DNA from: Candidatus Omnitrophota bacterium
GTDB lineage: Bacteria > Omnitrophota > Gorgyraeia > JAHJTE01
Length of the DNA: 64,000 nucleotides
Assembly: GCA_018830005.1 (NCBI GenBank)
Contig: JAHJTE010000001.1
Coordinates: forward strand, 449,332 to 513,331
Reading direction: 5' to 3'
Every line of letters begins with the position of its first letter. Position 1 is the stretch's first letter. Under the pieces are notes generated by a model. The model saw only the letters and a list, made by a program, of their open reading frames with translations. It was not told the DNA's origin and searched no databases. The translations under genes were made by a program, and so were the position numbers. Below are positions 49,563 through 59,845 of the stretch, piece after piece.

Positions 49563-50743
49563 TGGCGCGAACAATAGTTCCAATAGGACCATATCATCCG
49601 CTTCAAGAAGAGCCGGAATTTTTTACCCTGACAGTTGAAGGTGAAAGGGTAGTGGATGTTGATGTGCAGATAGGCTATAACCATAGGGGAATAGAAAAAC
49701 TCTCTGAGAGCAAGACATTTGACCAATCTACTTTTGTCATAGAGAGAATCTGCGGTATATGTTCTACAAGCCATCCATTTGCTTATACAAGGGCAGTAGA
49801 GGATATCATACCTATGGAGGTACCTCCTAGGGCAAAATATATAAGGACAATAATCGCCGAAGGCGAAAGAATACATTCGCATCTGTTATGGCTTGGGCTT
49901 GCCGGTCATTTCTTAGGATATAATACTGTTTATATGTGGGCCTGGAAGTTACGAGAAGAAATCTTAGATGTGATGGAAATATTATCCGGCAACAGAAATA
50001 ACTATGCTATGTTTAAGCCCGGCGGAGTAAGAAGAGATATAAAGCCTGAAGATATTCCGGGCGTCTTAAGCAAGATAGACTCTATTGTTCCTACTTTAAC
50101 AATGCTCAAGAAAGCTGTTATAGATGATCCTGTTCTTCATGCGCGTACCAAGGGAGTCGGGATTCTTACAAAAGAAGAGTCTATAGACTTTTGTGCGCTT
50201 GGGCCTACTGCGAGGGCATCAGGCGTTGGGCGAGACCTGAGAAAAGATTCTCCTTACGGAGCATATGAAGAAGTAGAATGGGACATGATAGTAACCCAGA
50301 ATGGCGATGTGTTTGATAAGGTAGTTGTCAGGATACTGGAGACATTTGAGTCGATAAAGATAATGAAGCACTGCCTATCAAATTTGCCAAAAGGTGAAAT
50401 AGACGCAAATATAAAGAGTATCCCGTCGGGTGAAGGTATTGGTCATATCGAGGCACCAAGGGGTGAATGTTTCCATTATGTAAGAAGCGATGGAACTAAT
50501 AGGCCAGTCCGACATAAAGTACGCGCACCAACCTTTATGAACCTGCCGACATATAAGGCGACTATTGTGGGTGAGACGATTTCTGATGCAACAATAATTT
50601 TAGCTGCTATAGATCCCTGCTATTGTTGTACGGAAAGGATGGCAGTGCGCAATAAGAAGGGTGAGAAGATGTATAACGGTCAGGATCTAGTTAGATTATC
50701 ACAGGATAAGACTAAACAGATTAGAAAGAAGATGGGTGTGTAG
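49562..50743 (+). CDS. Group 4 [NiFe] hydrogenase large subunit
   Basis: GPYHP..EP, HRGIE, L1 ERICGICS, L2 DPCYCCTER plus C-terminal extension. Confidence 0.93.
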   Translation: MARTIVPIGPYHPLQEEPEFFTLTVEGERVVDVDVQIGYNHRGIEKLSESKTFDQSTFVIERICGICSTSHPFAYTRAVEDIIPMEVPPRAKYIRTIIAEGERIHSHLLWLGLAGHFLGYNTVYMWAWKLREEILDVMEILSGNRNNYAMFKPGGVRRDIKPEDIPGVLSKIDSIVPTLTMLKKAVIDDPVLHARTKGVGILTKEESIDFCALGPTARASGVGRDLRKDSPYGAYEEVEWDMIVTQNGDVFDKVVVRILETFESIKIMKHCLSNLPKGEIDANIKSIPSGEGIGHIEAPRGECFHYVRSDGTNRPVRHKVRAPTFMNLPTYKATIVGETISDATIILAAIDPCYCCTERMAVRNKKGEKMYNGQDLVRLSQDKTKQIRKKMGV

Positions 50744-50747
50744 GGAT

Positions 50748-52406
50748 ATGAATATGAGCGCTGAACTTTTCAGAATGGACAATCTATCCTTTTTCGTAAG
50801 TTTATTTATAGTTTTCTTCTCTTTGCTTACGATTATTTATTCCTTCGGATTCATGAAGGAGAGAAAAGGAAAGCTTAGCTATTACCTATATATACTACTG
50901 ACACTGATATCTTCCTTAGGTGTTGTTGTTTCGAATAATCTTGCATTGCTTGTTGTATTTTGGGGATTTTCCGGATTTCTTCTTTATCTTTTGATAGGTT
51001 TTGGTCAAACAAAGCGCACACCTTCCACTGCTAAAAAATCATTTATAATAATCGGCGCAACAGATGCATTTATGCTTTTGGGCTTGGCCTTTATCTGGCA
51101 TTTAGCAGGCTCGTTTAATATAGACAAGTTAAGCATTCCTCTAGATAATAGGCTTTCAGTTATTGCCTATCTAAGTCTTGCTGTAGGTGCCTTTGCTAAG
51201 GCAGGGGCTATGCCTTTTCATACATGGGTGCCAGACACTGCCGAAGATGCGCCTACCCCTGTTAGTGCGTTTTTACCTGCATCTTTAGATAAACTTCTTG
51301 GTATATATTTCCTGGCGCGAATCTCGCTGGATATCTTTCAGATGAATGCAGCCATGAATATGTTTTTAATGCTGCTGGGGAGTTTTACTATCGTGGCCGC
51401 GGTTATGATGGCACTTATGCAACATGATTTAAAGAGGCTTTTGGGTTATCATGCTGTAAGCCAGGTCGGATACATGGTTTTAGGTATAGGTACAGGCAGC
51501 CTTATTGGTATTGCAGGCGGCCTGTTTCATATGCTAAATAATGCTATATATAAATCCTGTTTATTTTTCTCTGGAGGTATAGTCGAGAAAAAAACACAGA
51601 CAACAGATTTGGAAAAATTAGGCGGCCTTGCCAAAATTATGCCCACTGCGTTTATTACGTTTTTAATAGCCTCATTCGCAATATCAGGTGTGCCGCCATT
51701 TAATGGCTTTGTTTCAAAATGGATGCTCTATCAAGGTATAATCGAGACTGCCCAAAGAGGTGGTTTTGTCTGGATAATATGCCTTATTGCGGCTATGTTC
51801 GGCAGCGCACTTACCTTAGCAAGCTTTATGAAACTAATACACGCTATATTTTTAGGTCAAGTCTCTAAAGAGCTCTCAATTGCAAGCAACAAGCAAAGGG
51901 ACATTGGTATTACTATGTATATTGCGCCTGTTGTACTTGCGGCCTTATGTGTTATCTTTGGCGTATTTGCATATAAGATACCGCTTAATATGTTTATCTT
52001 TCCTAGTTTAGGCCAAGATGTAGGATTTTCTGGGATATGGAATCCTGGTCTGGCTACTATTTTGATACTTCTAGGCATTCTCTTAGGTGTTCTAATTTAT
52101 TTTCTAGGTACGATAAAGACCGCGAGAGAATCTGAGGCCTTTATAGGAGGGGAGATACTAGAAAAACAGCCGGATATGAGGATTTCAGGAACTGAATTCT
52201 ATAATACGATCAAAAACATAGGTCCATTAAAGGTTATCTATAGATTAGCAGATAATAAGGTGTTTGATATTTATTCTGTTGGTGAAAAGATAACCCTAAC
52301 GTTTAATAAGATATTGCGCTATATTCACAATGGCATTCTTTCTTCCTATTTAGCATGGACCCTTTTAGGGATGATTGTTTTGTTCTACGTTTTATTGTTG
52401 AGGTAG
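50748..52406 (+). CDS. Antiporter-like subunit (NuoL/MrpA/HyfB-like)
   Basis: KAGAMPFHTWVPD, LKRLLGYH, PPFNGFVSKW. Confidence 0.88.
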   Translation: MNMSAELFRMDNLSFFVSLFIVFFSLLTIIYSFGFMKERKGKLSYYLYILLTLISSLGVVVSNNLALLVVFWGFSGFLLYLLIGFGQTKRTPSTAKKSFIIIGATDAFMLLGLAFIWHLAGSFNIDKLSIPLDNRLSVIAYLSLAVGAFAKAGAMPFHTWVPDTAEDAPTPVSAFLPASLDKLLGIYFLARISLDIFQMNAAMNMFLMLLGSFTIVAAVMMALMQHDLKRLLGYHAVSQVGYMVLGIGTGSLIGIAGGLFHMLNNAIYKSCLFFSGGIVEKKTQTTDLEKLGGLAKIMPTAFITFLIASFAISGVPPFNGFVSKWMLYQGIIETAQRGGFVWIICLIAAMFGSALTLASFMKLIHAIFLGQVSKELSIASNKQRDIGITMYIAPVVLAALCVIFGVFAYKIPLNMFIFPSLGQDVGFSGIWNPGLATILILLGILLGVLIYFLGTIKTARESEAFIGGEILEKQPDMRISGTEFYNTIKNIGPLKVIYRLADNKVFDIYSVGEKITLTFNKILRYIHNGILSSYLAWTLLGMIVLFYVLLLR

Positions 52407-52410
52407 TTAG

Positions 52411-52959
52411 ATGGCAGAGCTGTACTTGTTATTAATATTTATGATTATCGCTGCGATAATCGCCGTTGAAGTAGAGGATCTTCTTTCTTCGGTAATTGCA
52501 GTTGGTGCTGTAGGCTTAGGGCTTTCAATAGTTTTTTTGATACTCAAGGCACCTGATGTAGCCATTACACAGCTTGTTGTTGAGATATTGTGCCTTATTA
52601 TCCTGATAAGGGCGACATTGAAGAGGGATATTCCTTTTTCAACTACAGGCAGGTGGTTTTTTAATACACTTATTACAGTCTGTTTTATTGCAGTATTTCT
52701 GATGTTGGCTCACAAATGCTTAAAGGATATACCAGAATTTGGTTTTCCGATAATGCGGGTTGCAAAAACATATTTGTCACAAGGACTGAATAAGACAGGT
52801 GCCAGTAATCTCGTTGCTTCTGTAATACTTGATTTTAGGGCCTATGATACTTTGGGTGAGGCCACAATATTATTTACAGCTGTAGTGGGTGTTTTGGCGA
52901 TTGTGCGCGGCGTCGGCAGAAAGAAAGAAAAACAAATAATTAGGGAAGAGGATGAGTAG
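52411..52959 (+). CDS. MbhD/E-like subunit (DUF4040 + MnhB-related)
   Basis: APDVAITQ; NLVASVILDFRAYDTLGE. Confidence 0.85.
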   Translation: MAELYLLLIFMIIAAIIAVEVEDLLSSVIAVGAVGLGLSIVFLILKAPDVAITQLVVEILCLIILIRATLKRDIPFSTTGRWFFNTLITVCFIAVFLMLAHKCLKDIPEFGFPIMRVAKTYLSQGLNKTGASNLVASVILDFRAYDTLGEATILFTAVVGVLAIVRGVGRKKEKQIIREEDE

Positions 52960-53407
52960 AGAACACGATAAAGGCATGACTCTGATTGTAAAGACGATTA
53001 CGCGTCTGACAGTAGGACTGATACTCCTTTACGGTATCTATATTATTTCGCATGGCCATGTATCGCCAGGAGGCGGATTTGCCGGAGGCGTTATCGTGGC
53101 ATTGAGCTTTATTCATCTTATGCTTGCTTATGGAAAGGAAGAGGCCTTCAAGCGATTGTCCAAATCAGCTGCCTCAATTTTTGAGAGTACGGGTGCAATA
53201 TTGTTTTTGGCTATTGCTCTACTTGGATTTAGCGGTGGTTACTTTTTCCTAAACTTTTTACCTAAAGGAGAGCCTTTCAGGCTATTTAGCGCTGGCACGA
53301 TTCCTTTAAGCAATATAGCCATAAGCCTAAAAGTAGGTGCAGGTCTTTTTGCAATTTTCGTTGCACTCGTATTGTTAAAATTGGATTCCAAAAAGGATAA
53401 AGAATGA
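52952..53407 (+). CDS. Mrp subunit B (MnhB/MbhF-like)
   Basis: GHVSPGGGFAGG. Confidence 0.9.
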   Translation: MSREHDKGMTLIVKTITRLTVGLILLYGIYIISHGHVSPGGGFAGGVIVALSFIHLMLAYGKEEAFKRLSKSAASIFESTGAILFLAIALLGFSGGYFFLNFLPKGEPFRLFSAGTIPLSNIAISLKVGAGLFAIFVALVLLKLDSKKDKE

Positions 53408-53739
53408 TTTATTTACTCTGTCTTTGTCTATTCTCAGTCGGACTTTATTGCATATTAAGGAAACGCAATATTATTAAGATTATTATTGGCATCGTCATAG
53501 CCGAATATGCAGTAAACCTATTTTTTATATTGATAGCCTTTAGGATGAATGGCCGCGCTCCGCTCTTTTCACCTGATGTGAACATAACAAATATGGTTGA
53601 TCCCTTACCGCAGGCATTGGTGTTGACAGCGATTGTAATTGGACTTGCGACCACTGCATTATTAGTAGCTATTGCTATGAGAATTTATGAGAAATACGGG
53701 ACATTTGATATAACAAAGATAAGGGAGCTTAGGGGATGA
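53404..53739 (+). CDS. Mrp subunit C (MnhC/MbhG-like)
   Basis: DPLPQALVLTAIVIG. Confidence 0.92.
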   Translation: MIYLLCLCLFSVGLYCILRKRNIIKIIIGIVIAEYAVNLFFILIAFRMNGRAPLFSPDVNITNMVDPLPQALVLTAIVIGLATTALLVAIAMRIYEKYGTFDITKIRELRG

Positions 53740-55241
53740 TGCAGTTAGAGAGTATAATACCGCTTTTTGTCGCTATTCCATTAGGAGGCGCGTTTCTAAT
53801 CTCGCTTCTCGGCAAAAGAATAAAATGGCTGCCGGATTGTTTTGGTGTAATAACAACGCTCCTTTTGTGTGGTCTGTCTTTGTTTAGCGTGCGCCTTTGT
53901 AGTACATTTGGAATACTTACCTATAATGTTGGTTCTTGGCTGCCGCCTATAGGCATAGGAATGGTTTTAGATGGATTGGCCTCATTTATGCTTGTGACTG
54001 TAAATTTGATTGCATGCTGTGTTACGGTTTATTCAATAAATTACATGGAAAGATTCACCGCTAAATGGAAATTTTATACATTGTTTCTTTTGATGCTAGG
54101 CGGGATGAACGGTGTGATTATAAGCGGAGACATATTTAATCTTTTTGTATTTTTAGAGATTGCCTCTGTGGCAAGCTATGCCTTGGTTGCATTCGGAACA
54201 GAGCGCCATGAACTTGAGGCAGCGTTTAAATATGCTGTTATGGGTACGGTAGCTTCGCTTTTTATTCTTTTGGGTATAGCATTTTTATACAGTTATACTT
54301 CTACACTGAATATGGCGGATATGTCAAGAATCTTGATGCTAAAAGGAACAGGTAATATTACCCTTTTGGTAAGCGTTCTCTTTATTATGGGATTCGGCTT
54401 GAAGGCAGCACTCGTTCCTTTCCATGCCTGGCTGCCAGATGCCCATCCTTCTGCACCCGCACCAATATCTGCTATGCTCTCTGGCGTATTAATAAAATCA
54501 CTTGGCATCTATGCCTTATGTAGAATATTCTACAATGTAATTGGTATAAGCCCTGCCATATCTTCAATATTAATGTTTTTAGGAACACTGTCTATGGTTA
54601 TTGGCGGCTATTTGGCTATTGGCCAATGGGATTTCAAACGACTCCTGGCATATTCATCTATAAGCCAGATAGGCTATATTGTTCTGGGTATTGGCCTGGG
54701 AACGCCATTAGGTATATTGGGTGGATTGTTTCACCTTTTTAACCATTCTATATTTAAGTCACTGCTCTTTTTGAATTCCGGAGCCCTAGAATATTCAACA
54801 GGCACACGCGATTTGCAGAAGATGGGAGGGCTTTCCAAGAGAATGCCTTTTACGAATGCAACGAGTCTCATAGGATCTATGTCCATTGCAGGCGTTCCAC
54901 CTTTTAATGGATTCTGGAGTAAACTACTTATTATAATTGCAGCAGTACAGGCGCAGAGATATGGATATGCATTTTGGGCTGTTTTGGTGAGTATATTGAC
55001 CTTGGCAATGTATACTAAGGTCCTGAAATACGCATTCTTTGGCAAATTAAAGGAAAGATTGAACAGGATAAAAGAGGTACCGTTTTTTATGAAGTTGTCT
55101 ATGGGTGTATTGGCATTTATATGTTTAGCAGGAGGACTCTTGCTTATTTCCGGCGAAGCCGGGTCTTTTCTTACTATGTCAACAGATGTTCTTTTAAATG
55201 GCACTGGATATGCGGCAATGGTTTTAAGGAATATACGATGA
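53736..55241 (+). CDS. Mrp subunit D (MnhD/MbhH-like)
   Basis: DIFNLFVFLEI, KAALVPFHAWLPDAH, KRLLAYSS. Confidence 0.92.
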   Translation: MMQLESIIPLFVAIPLGGAFLISLLGKRIKWLPDCFGVITTLLLCGLSLFSVRLCSTFGILTYNVGSWLPPIGIGMVLDGLASFMLVTVNLIACCVTVYSINYMERFTAKWKFYTLFLLMLGGMNGVIISGDIFNLFVFLEIASVASYALVAFGTERHELEAAFKYAVMGTVASLFILLGIAFLYSYTSTLNMADMSRILMLKGTGNITLLVSVLFIMGFGLKAALVPFHAWLPDAHPSAPAPISAMLSGVLIKSLGIYALCRIFYNVIGISPAISSILMFLGTLSMVIGGYLAIGQWDFKRLLAYSSISQIGYIVLGIGLGTPLGILGGLFHLFNHSIFKSLLFLNSGALEYSTGTRDLQKMGGLSKRMPFTNATSLIGSMSIAGVPPFNGFWSKLLIIIAAVQAQRYGYAFWAVLVSILTLAMYTKVLKYAFFGKLKERLNRIKEVPFFMKLSMGVLAFICLAGGLLLISGEAGSFLTMSTDVLLNGTGYAAMVLRNIR

Positions 55242-55735
55242 AGAGCAGGATAATTTTATTTATAGTAGCGTTTGTGACTTGGTCCTTTTTGAACTGGGTG
55301 CCAGACTGGCAGCATCTTGTTACAGGCGTTTTTGTTTCCGGCCTTGTGGCTTATCTGACAGGTGATTTATTTATCCAGACGCCGGGAAAATTAAAACATC
55401 GCCTACGTTATTATTACTTTTTCTTTAATTATCTGCCCATATTCTTATGGGAAATAATTAAGGCCAATATAGATGTCGCCTATAGGGTTATACATCCAAA
55501 TCTGCCTATAAATCCTGGGATTGTGAAAGTAAAGACCAGTTTGAAGTCAGATACAGCCTTGACATTTTTGGCTAATTCGATAACGCTTACACCTGGTACT
55601 CTAAGCGTTGATATTGATAGAGATAATGGAATTTTGTATGTGCATTGGATTAACGTAGAGACAGAGGATATCGAATCTGCCACAAAGCGTATTGTGGGAC
55701 GTTTTGAAAAGATGCTGGCGAAAATTTTTGATTAG
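55238..55735 (+). CDS. Mrp subunit E (MnhE/MbhA-like)
   Basis: ANIDVA, PGIV, LANSITLTPGTL, LYVHW. Confidence 0.92.
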   Translation: MKSRIILFIVAFVTWSFLNWVPDWQHLVTGVFVSGLVAYLTGDLFIQTPGKLKHRLRYYYFFFNYLPIFLWEIIKANIDVAYRVIHPNLPINPGIVKVKTSLKSDTALTFLANSITLTPGTLSVDIDRDNGILYVHWINVETEDIESATKRIVGRFEKMLAKIFD

Positions 55736-55755
55736 GATAAGATTTTGGAGCAATA

Positions 55756-56142
55756 ATGAAAGATTCTAACAGGTTAAAGATAGTCAAATGGATTATAGGC
55801 GCAATTATCTTGACAGCCATTTTGGTCCTGATAATGATTCGGCCTATGCCCTGTCTTTTTCAAGCCGGGCTTATCTACGTTGAGTTTCTGTGTAGAGCGC
55901 TTTACATAATTATATTGGCCTGTTTCCTATGTCTTTACCGTATCTATCGAGGCCCAACCGGAGCTGACAGGATTGTTGCCATAGATATCTTGGGTATCAT
56001 GATTGTAGGATTCTGTTCATTATTGACTATAGCAACAGGTCGCCTCTGGTATATTGATATTGGTATAGCTTGGGCGCTTCAGAGTTTTATAAGCACGTTA
56101 GCACTTTCCAAATACTTGGAAGGAAGAGGCTTTGATGAATAA
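55756..56142 (+). CDS. Mrp subunit F (MnhF/MbhB-like)
   Basis: GPTGADRIVAID. Confidence 0.88.
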   Translation: MKDSNRLKIVKWIIGAIILTAILVLIMIRPMPCLFQAGLIYVEFLCRALYIIILACFLCLYRIYRGPTGADRIVAIDILGIMIVGFCSLLTIATGRLWYIDIGIAWALQSFISTLALSKYLEGRGFDE

Positions 56143-56470
56143 CATAATAGGACTGATATTTATAACGGTTGGTCTAATGTTTGATCTATTGGGATGCCTT
56201 GGGCTTGTACGGCTTCCGGATGTATATAATCGTCTGCAGGCTGCCACAAAATGTGTTACCCTAGGCACCTGTAGTATACTGTTTGGGACATTTCTCATTG
56301 TTGGATTTACTGCTGCAGGAATGAAATCACTTTTATGTATAATATTCCTTATCTTAACCTCTCCTGTGGCAGCGCATGCCATAGCCAGAGGTGCGCATCG
56401 CTCAGGTGTCAAGCTTTGGGATAAGAGCGTTGTTGATAAATACGCCCAAGATAAAGAGGGCGAGGTCTAG
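56132..56470 (+). CDS. Mrp subunit G (MnhG/MbhC-like)
   Basis: RLPDVYNRLQAATK, TSPVAAHAIARGA. Confidence 0.92.
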   Translation: MMNNIIGLIFITVGLMFDLLGCLGLVRLPDVYNRLQAATKCVTLGTCSILFGTFLIVGFTAAGMKSLLCIIFLILTSPVAAHAIARGAHRSGVKLWDKSVVDKYAQDKEGEV

Positions 56471-56472
56471 AG

Positions 56473-57087
56473 ATGAAATATCCTAAAATTAGAGAGTTGA
56501 TTGAGGCAATAAAGGCGCTTATTAAAGGACCTTATACGTCAAAATTTCCAAAACAGCCGCATCAACCACATCCGAATTTCAGAGGACAGCCGAAGTTTGA
56601 CGATAAAAAATGTGTTGGCTGTCTTGCCTGCGAAGAGGTCTGTCCGGTGGGAGCGATTGCTCATAGTGACGTAGATGCGACAGATGGTAAGCATAAGCGA
56701 ATTATAAGTCATTATACAGATACATGTATATTCTGTGGTCAGTGTGAGGCAGCTTGTATTGCTGATCATGAAGGTATAAAGTTATCCAATGATTGGGAGC
56801 TTTCATTCTTTGATAGGAGTAAGGCCGAAGAGAAAATAGAAAGAGAGTTGCAGGTTTGCGAAATCTGCGCTAAACCTATTGCCTGCAAAAAGCACCTGGC
56901 CTGGATTGCCGAAAGGATAGGAGAACTCAGTTTTTCAAGCCCCACACTTTATCTTACCCATCTTAAAAACCTTGGAATAGTTGATGAAAACATTACTTCT
57001 GTATTGAAAGACCAAGGACGTTCTGACCGAGTAAAAATTCTCTGTGCCGCCTGCAGGAGAGAAACTACCCTGACTACGAAAGAGTAA
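56473..57087 (+). CDS. NuoI/HycF-like [4Fe-4S] subunit
   Basis: FRG.P, CVGCLACEEVCP, CIFCGQCEAAC, extra CEIC/CAAC. Confidence 0.9.
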   Translation: MKYPKIRELIEAIKALIKGPYTSKFPKQPHQPHPNFRGQPKFDDKKCVGCLACEEVCPVGAIAHSDVDATDGKHKRIISHYTDTCIFCGQCEAACIADHEGIKLSNDWELSFFDRSKAEEKIERELQVCEICAKPIACKKHLAWIAERIGELSFSSPTLYLTHLKNLGIVDENITSVLKDQGRSDRVKILCAACRRETTLTTKE

Positions 57088-57138
57088 AAATAATAAATAG
57101 TTTAAAGGCAAAAAATCGCATAGCCTGAGGCATTATCT

Positions 57139-57594
57139 ATGCAAATGAAAGATATTTTCAAAGGAAAGGTTGTTGTTGTGGGTGTCGGTAATATCTTGCG
57201 TAGAGATGATGGCTTTGGTCCTGTTCTGATTGATAAGCTAAAAGCAAATACAAGTGTAGTATGTATTGATGCAGGTTCCTCTCTTGAAGGTTACGCTGGC
57301 AAAATTGCAAAAGAGAAGCCTGATACGATATTAATCGCTGACGCTGTGCATTTGGGGCTTGAACCAGGAAACTATGACATTTTGAAGTCATCTGAGATAG
57401 TAAAAGGTGGTTTAACTACGCATGATATTTCACCTAGAATGTTCCTTGACTATCTAAAAAAAGAAACAGGGGCAGATATATATATGCTGGGTATTCAACC
57501 AGAGGATGTTTCTTTTGGCGAGGGGTTATCTGAGAGCGTTAAAGGAGCCCTGGAAGAAATAGTGGGTTTAATAAGAGAGGCAGAACATGCATGA
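57139..57594 (+). CDS. hycI: Hydrogenase maturation endopeptidase (HycI-like)
   Basis: GVGNILRRDDGFG, DA, TTH, GIQP. Confidence 0.88.
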   Translation: MQMKDIFKGKVVVVGVGNILRRDDGFGPVLIDKLKANTSVVCIDAGSSLEGYAGKIAKEKPDTILIADAVHLGLEPGNYDILKSSEIVKGGLTTHDISPRMFLDYLKKETGADIYMLGIQPEDVSFGEGLSESVKGALEEIVGLIREAEHA

Positions 57595-57829
57595 GTCACA
57601 TTTGATTGAGCCGATAATCAAAGGAATATCAGAGCACGCAAAAAAAGAAGGGGCCAAAAAAGTATCCAAGCTAATTCTAAAGATTGGAGAGCTGAATTGC
57701 CTAAATGAGGATTCGTTTAAGGCAACATTCTCTCTTCTGTCAAAAGGGACTATGCTTGATGGCGCTAAATTAGAGATTGTATTTTTCCCAGGCTCCAGGA
57801 TAGAGGTTGTATCCTTTGATGTGGAATAG
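57587..57829 (+). CDS. hypA: HypA-like nickel chaperone lacking the zinc-binding domain
   Basis: MHE start, KIGEL, GAKLEI; no CxxC pairs; 80 aa. Confidence 0.8.
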   Translation: MHESHLIEPIIKGISEHAKKEGAKKVSKLILKIGELNCLNEDSFKATFSLLSKGTMLDGAKLEIVFFPGSRIEVVSFDVE

Positions 57830-57865
57830 AATTTTACCAATCTACATATAAGAGAAAGATAAACA

Positions 57866-59167
57866 ATGTGTTATGCAATTCCCGGAAAGGTAAAGGAAAT
57901 AGGCGAAAAATCAGTGCTGGTTGACTATTTTGGCGAGACAAGAAAAGCGATTAACGAATTTTACGATGTTCGTATAGGTGACTATGTCTGTGCCCAGGGA
58001 GGTTTTGTAATAAAAAAGGTTTCTCCTTCCGAGGCAGAGAGCACTCTCTCGGCCTGGCAGGAGCTTTTTTTCGAGCTTAAGCAAATAGATTTACGCCTTT
58101 CCAGATTAGATCTTAAAAATAAAGGGATAGATAAGAGACTTTCTTCAATACTGGATAATGCTTTAGAAAACAAAAGCCTGTCTTTAGAGGATTTACTGTA
58201 TCTATTCAATACAGAAAGCCGTTCTGGGATTGAACTGATTTATAAGACCGCTAATTTCCTTCGTCAAAAATACATTAAGAATTCCTGCTGTGTACATGGG
58301 ATAATTGAGATTTCAAATTATTGCACGCAGGGTTGCATGTATTGTGGTATATCGACTCATAACAAGGCTCTTGGCCGGTATAGAATGACTCATAAAGAAA
58401 TAGTTGATTCAGCCCTCCTGGCAATAGAGGAATTTGGATTTAAGGCCATCCTACTACAGAGCGGCGAAGATGCATTCTATACTGCTGATAGGCTTGCTGA
58501 TATAGTTGCGGAAATAAAGGCAAAGGCAGGCGTTCTTATCTGTATAAGTTTTGGCGAGATAGGTATTGATGGATTAGAAAAGCTTTATAAGGCTGGGGCA
58601 AGGGCAATCTTGATGCGTTTTGAGACTTCAAATCCAAAGATCTATGAAAGACTGCATCCTGGCAGGAGCTTGAATACGCGCTTAGACCACATTAAAAAGG
58701 CAGGGCAAATCGGTTATTTGATTATGACCGGTGGACTTATTGGATTGCCGGATCAGACCAGAGAAGATATTATAAACGATATATATCTGGCTAAGGAGTT
58801 ACAAGCTGAGATGTATTCCTTTGGTCCTTTTCTGCCGCATCCAGAGACGCCATTAGCTTCTAACTCTCCTCCTAATGAAGATGATGTATTGAAGGCCCTG
58901 GCATTAACTAGACTTATCGATCCAGAAAAGAGCAAGATCTTAGTAACTACTGCTTTCGAGACACTTTGTCCTGATGCCCGTAGGCATGGGCTTCTTGCAG
59001 GCGCAAATTCAGTAATGCTTAATGTAACCCCTATTAAATATAGAAAACAGTATTCAATTTATCCTAATAGGGCCTACGATAAAGAAGAAATAACGACTCA
59101 GATTAAAGAGACAATAGCACTTCTGCAATCTCTTGGCAGGGCCCCTACGGATTTAGGCGTGAATTAA
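57866..59167 (+). CDS. HypC domain fused to a HydE-like radical SAM enzyme
   Basis: N-term MCYAIPGKV..VDYFG..GDYV..GF.I.K...EA..TL (HypC); IIEISNYCTQGCMYCG, RYRM, LQSGED, RFETS, LHP, GPFLPHPETP, TTA, AGAN, YSIYP (HydE family). Confidence 0.85.
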   Translation: MCYAIPGKVKEIGEKSVLVDYFGETRKAINEFYDVRIGDYVCAQGGFVIKKVSPSEAESTLSAWQELFFELKQIDLRLSRLDLKNKGIDKRLSSILDNALENKSLSLEDLLYLFNTESRSGIELIYKTANFLRQKYIKNSCCVHGIIEISNYCTQGCMYCGISTHNKALGRYRMTHKEIVDSALLAIEEFGFKAILLQSGEDAFYTADRLADIVAEIKAKAGVLICISFGEIGIDGLEKLYKAGARAILMRFETSNPKIYERLHPGRSLNTRLDHIKKAGQIGYLIMTGGLIGLPDQTREDIINDIYLAKELQAEMYSFGPFLPHPETPLASNSPPNEDDVLKALALTRLIDPEKSKILVTTAFETLCPDARRHGLLAGANSVMLNVTPIKYRKQYSIYPNRAYDKEEITTQIKETIALLQSLGRAPTDLGVN

Positions 59168-59185
59168 TAGCAATTGATAAAAACT

Positions 59186-59842
59186 ATGAAAGTTAAAACA
59201 AAGTCAAAGGCCAGCTTTTCTCTTGAGACAATTAAACGTCTGAGTCTATACTTGAGAAATTTAAAGAGGGCCAAGGAGCGCAATGTTGATGTTATTTCCT
59301 CTGATAAGATAAGTCAGTTTCTTAATGTAACGCCTGTTCAGTTCAGAAAGGATTTGTCATACTTTGGAGGTTTTGGCAAAAGAGGCGTTGGCTATAACGT
59401 GGAAAAATTGATACTGGAGATCGAGAATATATTAGGAGTAAATAAGGAATGGAAGATTATTATGGTAGGTGTGGGAAGATTAGGAAGCGCCCTTTTAAGC
59501 TTTGAAGGCTTTTCTAAATTCAACATCAAAATAAGCTTTTGCTTTGATGTTGACGAAGAGAAAACGGGGAAAACAAAAAAGGGAGTAGAAATCCTGCATA
59601 TAAAAGATATGAAGAATATTATAAAAAATAATGATATTAAAATAGCAATAATTTCAACCCCGCCTGAGGCAGCGCAGGATGTCGCTGATGAGTTGGTGGA
59701 TGCAGGGATAAAAGGAATTTTAAATTTTGCACCCAGCATCCTTAAAGTCCCTGAATATGTCTCGGTCTCAAATGTTGATATGGCCTGTGAGTTGGAGAGT
59801 TTGATATTTTTTGCAAAGCGTAAACGCACCCTTAAGAGGTAA
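59186..59842 (+). CDS. rex: Redox-sensing transcriptional repressor Rex
   Basis: TIKRLSLYLR, RKDLSYFG.FGKRGVGY, GVGRLG.AL, GILNFAP. Confidence 0.95.
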   Translation: MKVKTKSKASFSLETIKRLSLYLRNLKRAKERNVDVISSDKISQFLNVTPVQFRKDLSYFGGFGKRGVGYNVEKLILEIENILGVNKEWKIIMVGVGRLGSALLSFEGFSKFNIKISFCFDVDEEKTGKTKKGVEILHIKDMKNIIKNNDIKIAIISTPPEAAQDVADELVDAGIKGILNFAPSILKVPEYVSVSNVDMACELESLIFFAKRKRTLKR

Positions 59843-59845
59843 TAG

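Noticed and set aside
47729-57087. Complex I or Mbx/Mbs-type non-hydrogenase
   Set aside because: The large subunit has both CxxC nickel motifs and a cleavable tail, and hycI, hypA and hypC-like genes follow.
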